The notes below the pieces were generated by a model that saw nothing but the letters and a program-made list of their open reading frames with translations, was not told where the DNA came from and made no database searches. From Gonapodya sp. JEL0774 (Eukaryota), in the NCBI GenBank assembly GCA_027604505.1, contig JADIIX010000092.1:1-64000 (forward strand): 64,000 nucleotides of DNA, written 5' to 3'. Made by a program: the position numbers and the translations under genes. Positions 41,995 to 58,699 of this stretch are shown in pieces. Position 1 is the stretch's first letter. Each line of letters opens with the position of its first letter.

Positions 41995-44836
41995 CTACTC
42001 TTCGTTGTTCGCAACACTTTCGGCACCGAAGTGGTGAATCTGTGTATTCCAGAAAATTGTAAAATTAGAATTGTCCCTCAAGCCAAACATTCGGCTCCAA
42101 TCCCTGGGTATATGAAGAAAGTGGTGACGTGGTGTATTCTTTCTATCGTTTAGACCTCCAGTTGCTGAGCAAGATCGCAGGTTATCAGACTAAAGTGATG
42201 ACAAACTCCTTGCATGTGTACTTACTTGTGCAATCCAATAATCAGTTCCGAACTCCCGCCATTTGTTTTCAGCAATTTGTTCTTCACATTGTCGCTCCTG
42301 CATACCTCTAGCTGATTGAGATAACGATCCGAAATGTCTCCTGTAACGTAGCAGCCGTTGAACACTGACACATCGAATGTTTTCATGACTGGATTGATTT
42401 TGGAGCAAGCTGCAACAAGGTCATCCAGACGCTAGAACACCAACGAATAGTTTATCACAGTACACATTGCTAGTAGGATAGCGCGTGGACATACTTGGAA
42501 GATGACCTTGTCCGCACCTATCTCCCCGGCAATATCCTCCTCAGTGCGATTCCATGCCACCAGCTCGTGTCTTGATGGCATGTCAATGCCGTAGACGTTG
42601 GGCCATCGAATAGGTGGGGCGCACGACGCGACGTAAACCTTCTTGGCGCCGGAGTCGCGGGCCATTTGAACAATTTCTTTGGATGTAGTGCCGCGGACAA
42701 TGGAGTCTGGTGAGAGAGAGGAATCCAAATCACTGTAGCATGGGACGGTGGAGGATCGCAGGAGAGTGACGCTCACCGTCAACAATAAGGACATTTTTGC
42801 CCGCAAACTCGAGCGCCATGGGGTTGAGTTTTCGTCGGACGTTCTGCTGCCTGAGAGGAAGACCGCATATAGTTTCTACCGTAACACTGACATAGACCAT
42901 ATACACACCTCATAGTTTGCCCTGGCATGATAAATGTTCGCCCCACATATCGGTTCTTGATAAAACCTTCTCGGTACACAATGCCCAACCGATACGAGAG
43001 TTGCAATGCAGCCACCCGAGAAGTATCGGGTACCTTTTGTACACCAAGCCAAGTATCACCATGAGATGCGTCAAGCCGCCAAGACAAACTTCGGTCACTC
43101 ACGGGAATAACAACGTCAATATCGTTGTCCTTTCCCAAAACTCTTAGGGTTTCGTCAGCGAGCGCTTCTCCCATCGCCAACCGACTCTTGTACACCGAAA
43201 TTCCGTCAATGATGGAGTCCGGTCGGGCAAAGTAGACAAACTCAAAAATGCAAGGAGTAAAGTCGCCCTGCGTAGCGACTTGCCTCCTTGAGACACCTCC
43301 ATCACGAGTGATGATGATGGCCTCACCAGGAGCTACGTCCCCCACGGTGGTGAATCCAAGCACGTCGAGTGCGACGCTTTCGGAGGCGAGCATGTAGTCG
43401 AGGCCGTGTGGGGTGTCGCGAGTGCCGAGGATGAGGGGGCGGATGCCGTTGCGATCTCGAAAGCCGATAATACCAAATCCTATGTAAAATACGAGTTTCT
43501 TATTAGAACAAGGAAATTACGATGCGGATCAACGAAAAGAGCTTAGGTCTCTCAACTCAACTCACCGGCAATCATGAGCGTGCAAGCGAACGCCCCTCGA
43601 ATCTGGGTGTACATCTCCCCCAAAGCGTGAAATATGTCCTCTTCATTAATTCTGACCTTGCCGGACTTCTGCAAGTGCCCAGCGAACACATTAAGCAAAA
43701 TCTCCGAGTCGGATTCAGTGTTGATGTGGCGATGTGTTTCGTGGTCCAAGTATTCGCGAAGTTCTGCTGCGTTCGTGATGTTGCCATTGTGAGACATGCA
43801 GATGCCGTAAGGTGAGTTGACGTAAAAAGGTTGGGCTTCGGAGGAGGAGGAGGATCCGGCGGTGGGGTAGCGGGCTGGCACGAGTAGTGGACAACAGTCA
43901 GTCGTGAGTAAGAACAGACGCGACAAAGTGCCCGCTTTATATCCAATTTGTGTTAAAGACAAGCACACTCCAACAAGGCACTCCAGTGGTTTGGCCCTCT
44001 GTGCACTGCGGTGATGGGGGGACTCTCCCCCCTCTCCCCAAGTTTCAAACCCTTTACAACAGAAGACGGTAATAACAGCAAGTCCTTAAACAATGGTTTT
44101 GGTGCCCAAATGCAGAACTGTCTTTTGTTGTGGGAATCCGTCTCAAACATGCATCCAATCCTCTCCAATCGCTACGACAAGATATGAAACACCAGAGCAC
44201 AAGCCCAGAGAGCCAATCTCTCAAATTGTAATTTTTTTGACGTGGGTATTCGACTCGAATGTGATGATTGCGTCCCGAATGGCATTCCCCCCATCTGACA
44301 ACCTCCCACAAATGTTCACAACTCACTGTGGCCCACACCCATCGCTCCTCTGAGAGTTGCTAATTTGTTCGAGTCAAACACGTCGCGAACCATTCCGTTC
44401 CCTTTGCACTGGTAGAGCCGTCCTTTGTAACCACACGTAATGATGCCGGCAGCATCCTGTGGGCGTTTCCGGAGATGAATGGGAGGGTGAGCGCGTTTGA
44501 AACACGTTTCATAAGATGAAATGCAAGTATCCGTGGTTTGGAAGTGGTTGTAGAAGACAGGCGAATCAAGTTCAGTGTTGGTCCTCCTCTACATTTTCGC
44601 GGTGTCACTCAAAGAAACAAACCTGCCCGCGATGTTGCAGGACGCCAAGCGCCTCATAAATATCTGTGACAGCTTCACCAGAAGGGTCTCCCAAAAGAAG
44701 TCCAGTTACCCCTAGAGAAGGAGATGCAGTGAGAGAGATGCGTCGATGGAGAGGAGACCAGCGAGACCGGCAAGGAGGAGAAAGAGCGATTCACGAAGCT
44801 TCCAGCTGTCACCGTGTAAAGATAATCACCGCACAT
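41995..44836 (-). CDS. ADE4: Amidophosphoribosyltransferase (de novo purine step 1); multi-exon
   Basis: MCG start, [70 protein letters not shown] and DSIVRGTTS. Confidence 0.97.
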
Positions 44837-44976
44837 GTCCGTATTCTGAACGCGAGCTCAAATAAATTGAAAATCTTTTGTTGCCGAGGGAGCTCGGTTA
44901 TCTCTTGACAAGGTTCATGTGGGACGCACGGCCAGGCCGGCACACTTCAGGGTTGGAGCGTTCTCAATTGAACTCC

Positions 44977-46127
44977 ATGATAAAACGCCCAATGCTGTCT
45001 CTTTTTGTCGCGGACTTCGATGAAACAATCACCGTCACTGACACTATTGCGGTGATTGCGTCAATTGCGCGGGAACAAAGAGAGTCTCGGTTAGCGCACA
45101 CCGATGTCAAACGCGTGAAGCACAACGGTGTGATTCCCACATGGGAGAGCCTGGTTGATGCTTATTTACAAGACCTGAAACAATTGCGAGTGGATTCAGC
45201 TACCAATGACGACAAATTGGGCGGAAACGCACTGGATGCAATTTTGCGTCAGCAGCAGCTCTCAAGGACTGCTGAATTGGCATCTTTCGAACGAGTTGGA
45301 CGATCCGGCTACCTCGCTGGACTGTCTAGGAAAGTCTTGAGAGAACATGGATCGACTGTTCAACTTAAACAAGGAGCAATCCGCTGCCTCTCCACTGTTG
45401 CTGCAGTGAGCACCTAGAGACGCTTTATTTGCGCTCTTGGGTCATTTCTGCGTTTCTGTCCGAGTGCTTACTCTGTTGCGATATCAACCACTTTGCTCCA
45501 TCAAAGCTCCCGGCCAAACCTCTCCGAATCCTGTCTGCAAACTGGAGCCGGGACCTTATATCCGGTGCTCTAGCCCCGCTCTCTCTCCCTGCTAGCAGCA
45601 TTGTCTGTGGTGATCTTCAATTTGAGCGTTCAGTTCATGGTATTGAAATTTCCACAGGGTGGATTGATACAACTATTGTCAACGGCACGGACAAATTGGA
45701 CGTATTCACTAGGTGGAAGGGCGAAATCACGCAATCTGGAGAACCTAGTCTGCGTGGTGTGACGTGTTGTGTGGGGGACAGCTTGTCTGATGTAGCCTGT
45801 TTGCGTGAGCTTTTCCGTTCTGTTTTGTGATCACTGAGCACGGGACCGTCATCTTCATATCTCCTGGGCCCACTTCCTCCATTTGGTGCCCCTGTGCCCT
45901 ACTCAACCTCGTCTCGCAAAGTATCATGCGACCTACCCTTCCTGATTCAACCTCTGCCATCACTGGTTGAGAGGCTTACCTCGCTTTCCATCGCAACATC
46001 GTCTGTTCGCCACGGCGCCTCAATAAAGGAGCTCGTCAATGATGTACAAGTGGCAAAGAATAATGGAGGCGCTCTGATCTACTTAGTGAACGAGTGGCAA
46101 GAGATCGAACGTGTCATGACAACATGA
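44977..46127 (+). CDS. HAD-superfamily hydrolase (Cto1/thiamine-phosphate-phosphatase-like)
   Basis: Motif I DFDETITVTDT, motif II ILSANWSRDLI, Lys in GTDK, motif IV VGDSLSDVACL and C-terminal VNEWQEI. Confidence 0.85.
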
Positions 46128-46270
46128 TAAATCGTCCACCGGGCACATCAGAAGAGGTTACAGGTAGTTTACGACCAATACAAGAAAGGCTGTATGCCCC
46201 AGAGTCAAGCGACAGGGCGTAAATACAAACTTTGCTAAACCCGTCGGACTGCACCGGATATGTTTGAGAA

Positions 46271-47541
46271 TCAGTTGGCCCTTTTGCCCTTGCCTGCGTT
46301 CCCAGGTCCGAGCCCATTGCCAAGTCCGACACTTCCCGACCCGCCTCCTGACCCGCTGTACTGGCGTTTGCCAATGTCGAAGGGCAGGTACCGGTACTTG
46401 ATCATGTGGCGAATTCGTCCACGCATGGTGATGGAGAAGAGAATGAAAAAGTAAAGGACGAGGATGGGCCAAAAGACAGGAACGTCGAAGACTGTTATGG
46501 GGTGGAAGGGGGCGAGGGAGTCGAGGAAGGGTCCGACACAAGAGATAAACATCACAAGTGACAGAACGGGTGTTTTTTCCGGTGTGAGTGTCCAGTGTGC
46601 AGACTTCGGTCTAGATACTCACAGGAGAAGAACGTGCAGAAAAAGGCGATCAAGATCGCTCGCGTAGCGCTCAACCTGGAGTTTCGACCAGCCCAAGATA
46701 TGCAACATCAGCACTTTCGCCTCAGATACGTGCACTGGCGCGCTGCTCACCAGAATTTGAACTCCGGCAGCCGCCTAATAAATGGCTTGAACTCCTCGTC
46801 GGCTTTGGTAGGTAACCCTCCTCCTTCCCCTTCCTCCGATGTATCCATTTCGAAAGCAGGATCGAATTTGGGTGACAGGAAAGCGATAAAGAGGTTCAGG
46901 ATATAGATACCGAGGGCATACGTCACTAGATTGTGTGATTATTTTCATAAAGTGGAAATGTATCATCCAACACAGGCAAGGAGCAAGAGTTAAGTGTTCA
47001 AACAAGTGATGGTCTCCAAACCGCTAGGCATGTGCTGCCACAAGGAAACTCACCAATGTACCACCCGTGAATACTGAACACTCGGATGGCATACAGAACA
47101 GCAAGCACTCCCGTTCCAATCCATCTTTGTGCAGTGTGTGGAGTCGAATCGTCGAGAAACTATCATCAAAATTATTCCATGGTGGATATTGCAGTGTCAA
47201 GCGGGAAGGGACAAGGCGAGGGAGGTTCAAATGCGCCGATACGAAAGAGGGGACTCCTTGTCACACCTTTTGAAAACGCTGGTAGCAGGTGAGGGTCAGC
47301 GACAGGAATCTTGCGTGAAGTCTTTGGGAAAGAGGGGGGAGCCAGTTCCTTTCTGATTCAATCCTCTGTCCGTGCATTGTCAGGTGTTTCCTTCAGATGT
47401 CAGGCCCTCCTATGGTCATCCTTTGAGTCATCGATTTTCATTCCTCCATGCAATCATCCCATTGCAGTCAGCGTTGTAACGGATGGCAAGAAATGCTCTC
47501 GGATCAAGTTCAAGTTTCCCGACAGTCCAGTATCATCCATC
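46271..47541 (-). CDS. RER1: Rer1 Golgi-to-ER retrieval receptor; start approximate
   Basis: FLDDSTPH...RW...[25 protein letters not shown]...[26 protein letters not shown]...[13 protein letters not shown]. Confidence 0.95.
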
Positions 47542-47676
47542 ATCGGCACTGGCCACTTACCCGTTGAATCCCCACTAATTGCCGCTGTAAGTTGCTACTT
47601 GGAGTGGCATCGGATGATGGGTTCATGGTCTAGAATTATTAATTGAAAACGCCAGCAGCTCACAAGAATCCTGGCA

Positions 47677-48856
47677 TGATAGATGGTGATTGCCACACAG
47701 CAAGTTCACAAGCAAAAACATACATGTGCTCCGGCATGTTAAACCATCAAAGTACTTTTGTAACGGATTTCAGACGGCAAAAGTTGCTCAAAGACACAAA
47801 GAAGAACTGGGATTTGTGAGTGCATCTTCGGAAACCCAAGACTTCGGCGTTCCCATTCCCATCAACATTGCGCGTCCGCCTTCAAAGATTCTACAAACGA
47901 AACACGACGAACTTTTTCAAAGATCGACATTGGATTGATCGCGAGTTTGAGGAACTTCGTGCCGAAAACATAACCGGTGACGATGAGTTGGTGAGCACAA
48001 AGTCGAGCTCAGATACCAGTAGCCCCTGACTAATTACCCATTTACCGTTCAGTAGATTGTTGCGGAGCTGGGATGCGGTGTAGGTAGGTTATGGGCTGGC
48101 CATTTTAAGAGCGATGCCTTTCTCTCCCCGATCGCTATTTGAAAGAGTTGGTTCGTTCCCACCAGGAAACTTTGCCTTCCCTCTCTTGGAGCGAAATCCC
48201 CGCGTCTTTGTGTATGCATGCGACTTGAGTGATAAGGCGGTGGAGCTCGTCCAAGTGAGTTCCGCAACATTTGTGGACTAGGTTGTGTTTTAAAGGTGTG
48301 GAGACCCAATAATTGCTTGCAGAGGAATGCGCTCTATCAATCTTCCCGTATTCTGGCATTCCCTTGTGATCTTTCCCTACCGGGCACCTCGCTTTCACCA
48401 CCCATACCTCCAACAAGCGTGCACTTCACCTCCATGGTGTTCGTTCTATCTGCATTGCCTCCTGACAAAATGCATAATTGTGTTCGTAAAGTAAGAGAAG
48501 TGCTTAGACCGGGAGGTGTGGTTGGATTTCGAGACTATGGTCATGGGGATGGGGCTGAAGAGAGGTTCGGGCCAGCGAATCGAATGGGAAATGAAGAAGA
48601 AAGGTTCTTTGCTCGGCAGGATGGAACATTTAGTTACTTCTTCACTCTTGATGAATTGCGGACTTTATTTGTGAAGGGAGGACAACTGGGAAACAGTGTG
48701 TCGTCGAGTGAGGAAGGTGTTCCTGACATTGAGCAGGAATGTGACGGTGGCTTCGAGGAACTGAGCTGCGAGTATATTCAGCGAACTGTTACCAATGTGA
48801 AGGAGGGCAAAGAGATGTCCCGAGTATTTGTGCAGGCGAAGTTCAAACGTAAATGA
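47677..48856 (+). CDS. tRNA m3C methyltransferase (METTL6/METTL2/Trm140 family); start approximate
   Basis: KNWD/FYKRNTTNFFKDRHWIDREF, ELGCGVG/NFAFPL, YACDLS, MVFVLSA, LRPGG..FRDYG and RQDGTFSYFF. Confidence 0.92.
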
Positions 48857-49020
48857 TATTTAGATTATGCACATTAATGCGGACGATTTGAGCCTCTCCG
48901 CTGCCGAGCTGGCGAAGTAGATGTCAGGGAAGTTGGCGAGGCAGGTTCATGCAAGTTTTCGTCGTCCAACAAACGTGAGGTTTTCCGCCGGCTCCTGTGT
49001 GATGATTTCACCCGTAGATC

Positions 49021-52000
49021 ATGACCGATGTTGTCCAATTGTTTCTGTAAGTAGGGCAGGGGAAGTCAAAAGAGTGCGGAATTCTCCAATCGTCCTTTTT
49101 CTCGCAGTCCTTCTCTAATCTGACATGAGTTCAAAGGCCAACCGACTGGGAAAAGGGACGAACAGGCTCGGCGGCCGGTTTAATTGTCGGATGGAGGATT
49201 GACTCAGACGATGGTAATCAAGCTTGCTGCTTCGTTGCTGCTACAGTTATATGGGGGGTGCAGGTGTGTAATGTCCGCGATTCAAGCTCTTCGTCATGAC
49301 CATTCTACTCCCATTATTAATTCAGACTGAGACGCTACTGGATCAATTAGAAACACATATTGGCAACGTATCTTCATCACAAGAGTTCTACTGTGGTATT
49401 TTGCCTCAGATTGTGGGCTCTGTAGTGGATTCCTCGGGGAATGGACTTCCTCACCCTCCCCCACGGCCTTGGTTAGAGATCTCAACAGCCTCCAATCGTC
49501 CAGTCTTTCGGTTCGTTTGTCAAGCTTTGCGATGGCCATGTTAGTTTTATCAGAAACGTTAAACGTTTCGGCTTCCTCACAATCCAGGAACCTCCACCAC
49601 TCTCAGAGCTTCACACCGCGGTTCTGTCACTGTTTCTTTTATGAGCGTCCTCGAACGAGGCGCATGTATTCACTTGCTCTGGACAGCCTTCCTCTCGACA
49701 TTGCTCTGCGATCTACCAGGGCTCAACGAGGGAGGTCGCCTTCAATTGGTGCGGGTATCACCGTTGCCGCTCCGATAGGTCCTTACGGTCCATCAATTGA
49801 TGAAAGTAAAGCCAAATGGAAGGTCCGCGACACGGGTGACGATCTTCCCACACTGCTGAAAAAGAGCTCTCGAAAGCGCTGGGCTTACCTGCAGGATTAT
49901 GGAGTTGCATCCATCTCGGAACAGCTTGGCCACAGGCCGTCAAATTCTCAGCTGCTTTTAGCTCTCGCTTATGTGTGTGCATCGATGCTGACACTTGGAA
50001 ATCTGACAGTTGCTGAGGTTTGGTTCTTCCGCGTTAATAGATGAACTCTGCTGGAGCCATTCGATCGCTCCTTGACAGTTCTCCGTTCCTCGGTTTATCT
50101 CGCGCGAATTTTGAGACTCATGGTATTATCATGGCTGCAGTGGAGAGAGTTCGTAAAGCTGTCAGTCCCGGATCGACGTTTCTTGGTTTGGGTTCCTTCT
50201 TGGAAACCCTCGTGGAAACCATTAGGTGGTTAATAATCGCCTATCCTTTGGCCTTCCTAGCCATGATCTTGGTTGGATTTCTGGAGGGCGTTCTCGCAAT
50301 CCTCAATGTCAAACTTCCAGCGTTCCTGTTCAGCGGAGTTCCTTTGAAGGCCATTACTTCGATAGGTACGTCGCATTCTCTCTATAGCGTTTCTGTCCGT
50401 CTCATCTTCATGTAACTTCTATGTTTCATTCATAGGCACTCAGCTTGATCTCCGTCTTCATATGATCGCGTTTTGGCCTCGCCAGTTCTACAACTTTTGG
50501 ATTAAATCTGACATGCACACTCGCGCATCCTCCCCGATCGGTGCTTTACGTGTTTTTGAGCGACGGCAGGCTCTATACATCGAGTTTCATAATCAAATAT
50601 GGCTGGTTGCGAACGATGTTATAATTGGGTGGGCTGTGAGCTCATTTATTATTATGGCCGCCGATGAGCTCGCGATCATACTGGGTGAGAATTACCAAGT
50701 GAGTGGCAAGATTTGCTTCCCTTTGATGACATGAATCTCGGGGCCGACCTAGCTTCGGTACAGCGCTTTGCAGTTGAAGAGATCAGCCAAGCTCTTCATT
50801 GGCTTATGGGTTATCCTGCTGGACTAAAGCTTAACAGTCCTCTCACAAATTTCATGGGCGAAATGTTTCTTTACATCTTGGGATTGTGGGCAAGTTGGTT
50901 TCCGTACAGCGCAGTATGTTGTCCTTGCAACGCTGACCAACGTGACGGAATCATGCGTGTAGACATCATACTCCCGCTCTTGAAGTATCTGCCTGATGTT
51001 CTTAAGCTGATTGGTTGGACTGGAGTGGCCGGGGCATCTCTGCCACTTGCACTCCTTTCTGACCTGATCACGGTTTCCACGTCACATATTTATGGGCTCT
51101 ACTTCGTGACAACCACGCTGCAGACCATGTTTGTCAGTGGAGTGCACTCCTTGCTCTACGTTTTTCGAGGTTAGTCAACCAATCTTTGCAGAGCTCGATT
51201 GGTATGCCCAGCAACCAATCATAATACTCTGCCCTGCCTGAAGGGAAGAAAGTCAATGTTACTCGCAATAGAGTGGACAAACATGATTACGATTTGGATC
51301 AGCTGTTGCTGGGAACAATGGCGTTGACTCTGCTGGTTTTCTTGTTTCCAACTATTTGGGTGTACTACGTGCTCGCAGTCTCAGTAAGTTATCCTCGACA
51401 TCGGGCAGTCAGCGAACCCATCGTGTTGTCCTCTTCTTCCTTAGGCTCGATTGTCAGTTCTGGCCATTCAAGTGGTCCTTGAAATCGCCCTCGCATTCCT
51501 CAACCACTTCCCTCTGTTTGCCATTCTTCTTCGCGTTAAAGAGCCTGACAGACTTCCAGGTGAGTTGAGTAGTTGTACTTGGTGGCTTTGGGGTGACGAA
51601 TGTTCTCTTACCGATGTCCTCTAAGGTGGCCTTGCCTTCGCTATCACTCCCGGCTGCGATGGTCGATCATATCCTTCCGTCTTTCGATCAATGGTAAGAA
51701 AAAAAGAGTCACACAGCATGTATCTGCCGAATTCTACGGGAGTGCCAACTCTATACTTGCGTGTGAAAGTACGTGTTGCTGTTTGTTTCTCAGCACGGGG
51801 CCTTTTCTCACAGACGAACGCAGAATGTCCCCATTAGTTTTATTTCAATTTTTTTTGCGTATGGCCACCTATTGCAACGCCTGAGTGAGCATTACTTGTC
51901 GTGGGATATCTTGAAAGCTCTGGCACTGGGACAACGTATACGACCGTTAATTGGTCTCCGATATGTCATGTTCCCGCGCCGACGGTGCGTTGTAGTTCAC

Positions 52001-52128
52001 GTTCGTTCACTTTCTATCTCAATCAGAGCAACGCGAGCTCTCTAAACTCTTTCCAACCGCCTTTATTCAGGCCTACTACATCGGAATCATGGGAAACAAT
52101 ACAGCGAACACTGGGTCTTGTTTCCTAG
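49021..52128 (+). CDS. GPI1: GPI-GlcNAc transferase subunit Gpi1/PIG-Q; multi-exon
   Basis: N-terminal LFLP..GLIVGW; QLDLRL; WLVANDVIIG; WLMGYPAGLKLN; FRGKKVNVLRNRVD..YDLDQLLLGT; LNHFPLF. Confidence 0.93.
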
Positions 52129-52158
52129 ACAAGATTGTACAAGAACATTAGCTGAATA

Positions 52159-55581
<3,423 letters not shown>

Positions 55582-55637
55582 TCAAAATACATGCGAATTT
55601 ATACAAATTGTACATTGAAATCGCCCCATTCCCGTTC

Positions 55638-58277
55638 TCATGCGTCTGTCACCGACCCCAAACTACCCATCTGCTGCACCATTCCGATACCATTCCCATT
55701 CCCATTCTCCCTCGCGTTTGGATTAACTATTGCCACAGGCCTCTTCCCTTCCACGACATGGGGTGCACCTAGTAGATTGTTTGCCACGGTACCGCCAAGG
55801 CCATACAGGAAGCCCAAGAACCGAGTGTCGTCAATTTGGTCCTCGAAAAAAAGTTGTCGCATTTTGAAAAAGGTGCGGCAGGTGAGGAGGGCATCCGAAC
55901 CAGCTTGGTGTTGTGGCCCGATTCGTTGAACCTAGTGGAGACGGTGGAGGACAAAGCATAACACATGAAAAATAAGTTTCGGTACCACTGCAATCACCAA
56001 GGTCCCAATAGTTTCAAGAACAGGTCCACCACATCCGATTGAAGGCGGCATGAATGCTGCTCCTACCCAACAAACATCGATTTTTTACGCAGGAGTCTGA
56101 GACCCGCATACCTTCCATACAATAGATTGTTTCCCGAGAAGTCATACTGCAATCACACACCTCGCTCCTTGTGCATTCAATCGCTCATCTGGCTCACTCA
56201 ACACACCTGCATCTCATCCGCCACATCTTGCAATCCTCCCTTCAAGTTCTTACAACTTTTCATCAGGTACTTGATGTCGTATATGCTGGGGAAATATATC
56301 CGAAGGAGCTCAAAGAACTCGGATTCGTTAGGTGGAAGGGGGTGGGAGGTGAGTACTTTGAGAAGGTAACCGAAGTCATAGCCACTAATGGGTTATCGTA
56401 TAGAAAGGAAACAAAGAGATGGAAGTGGGTGGAGAGCACGTGCGAGATGGAAGAGTTTCGGGCAGTTAAGGGGGCGGGAGTGGAGGCACAAATAAGGAAC
56501 TTGAAAGGTAAGGTGCGATGGTGGTACTACGAAGCCATATACTGCTTGCATCCGTCGGGTAACCTCCATGTGCACGAAACAGCGGCCAGGCTTCCGGACT
56601 GGTTCGGATCAACCTCGTTCCTTGCTCCACAATGTCATTCCGCAGCCCTACAGATCTCTTCCCGCACGCAATCTACCACGATTCACACACTGTTTGCATA
56701 ACGTTCGCAACCATCAAGGTCACCATCATCGCTTGCTCTTGTCGTCCAGAGTCGCCACCTTGTCCGAACTCCTCTGTACTTCCCCGGCCTCTCTCCGACC
56801 GTCACGTACCTATGAAACGATATCCACTTCACATCATCAAACAGTACTAATCCAGAAGTCGTCAATAACTCTCCAAACTGTTCCACGTCGATGCCGTACT
56901 CCTCATGCCGTTTGAAGTCGATACCAGATTTGGTGAGGAGGTCGATCGAGTCTTGGGCGTACATGTCGTCCCTGAACGTTGATATTCGAATCGGCACAGG
57001 TGTAAGAAGAGTGGATTGACAAAAGGGGAAGGGGGTGGCCGGGCCAAGGAGGAGGGGGGGGGGTTGCGGCATGTCGGAGGTGTGCTTTAGCATGACTTCA
57101 TTAAATCAATGATACCTCCATGTTCACTAGCACTCACTCCAAATTGAACTTAAAATTGAATTGCCACGTACACACCCCTTCTGGCAAGTTCCCCTCTCCG
57201 TCTGCACAAGTGATGCCTAGCTGAATCAGTCGCAGCAAGTCAACGTTGCACCGCAGGGTTTGGTAATGGTAATCTGCCGAGGTCTTGAAGGTGCCGATGG
57301 GACGGGCAACTACCCCGGGGAACTCGGTGTCCTGGGGTCGAGAGTGACGGGTCGTGTGTTTGGAGGTGAAAATACAAGGCGGGGTAGGGTCAAACGTGGG
57401 TGGAAACACAGGAACTAATTTGCTGGTGGCTGGCGGGTGACCGTCCATGTTTCTTCCAGAAAACCAGCTTGAGACCTGGCACTCCATTTCAACGTTTTTA
57501 TCCTCTGTTTCCTTGTCCATTGCGGTATTGATGTCCCACCCAAGTAAGTGAGGGCAGTAATCCGATTCGAACTACGTCTCTGATTTGGTCCAATTCCCGA
57601 GTGTATCAATGTGCACAACGCGGAAAAACGCAACCGGAAGCGGTATTGTCCCGTGCTCCCAATGGCTTGTCGTGAAGCGGTCGCGACTGAGTGGTAGGCG
57701 TCAGCAACACCAGTAATGCACTGCATCCACCTCGTGTGCCAGAACATTCGGCTCCAAACAACTGAGCCATTCCATTCCCACTTGCTTGCGGCGCTCACGC
57801 TGACTCCCTGCAAAGTAGTTGATACGAAGTCCAAAGATAACCGCTCGAAGCGAGCCTTTCAATCTCGCGTGGCCAGTTCCCAAGTCCACTCCAGAGATCC
57901 CGACAACTCTTTCCACGAGTTGTTGTCAGATTTCAGGCGAGTATCAAAAAGCAGCGACCCTTCACGCAATTTCCATAATTCCTCAATGAAGACCAGTCCA
58001 CATGAAGCATCCACAAGAGGTTGGCCTCGCCAAGAACTTATGAAGTCTTTCGAGAGCTCAGTGCTCAAAACCATGCAAGCAAGCCGGAACTCACCATTGC
58101 AATGTAGGGAAACTTCTCCACGGTATCTCGTATGACTGACATTTCTTCCTCGAAATTTGAGGCCCAGACCTTCCACGGAAACGGGTGAATCGGGGGTCAG
58201 CCGAGCGCCAGGGGTGCGAAGAACGGCAGGAAAATGGAAGAGCGCACTTCTTTGATCCACACTGGTCTGTCTGACAT
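55638..58277 (-). CDS. CAF1: CCR4-NOT deadenylase Caf1/Pop2 (CNOT7); multi-exon
   Basis: [48 protein letters not shown]...WQFNFKF...WISFH/GYDFGYL...[14 protein letters not shown]. Confidence 0.96.
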
Positions 58278-58699
58278 TCGAATGGTGTTGGGTTCTGTGG
58301 AAGTAGTTGAGCATGCAGGGAAATGGACTGGAGCTCGGTGTTTGAGCACAACTGCCGCTTTGTAAAATGCAACCGAGTCTGACACTTCGTTGAGTGGTTG
58401 AAGATCAACAATTTATTTATCTAATCAATCAGAACATGAAGGAAACGCATAGTGGATGTGTATTTGGTTTGTTGGATTGCGACGTGGGTGTGGCGATAAA
58501 AGGTTCTCATGAGTATAGGGAATGCGTGTAGCAAATTGACATAAGAAACCACCACAGGACAAATAAGGTGAAGCTCATTCGTGCAGGAGCAATTTTATAT
58601 GCAGCCTGGTGTCGCTACATACAAATTATTGTATACACTATCAATCAGAGAGTCCGACGCGCACAACGATCATCAGTGAAAGAAATCAGAGGATTCACG

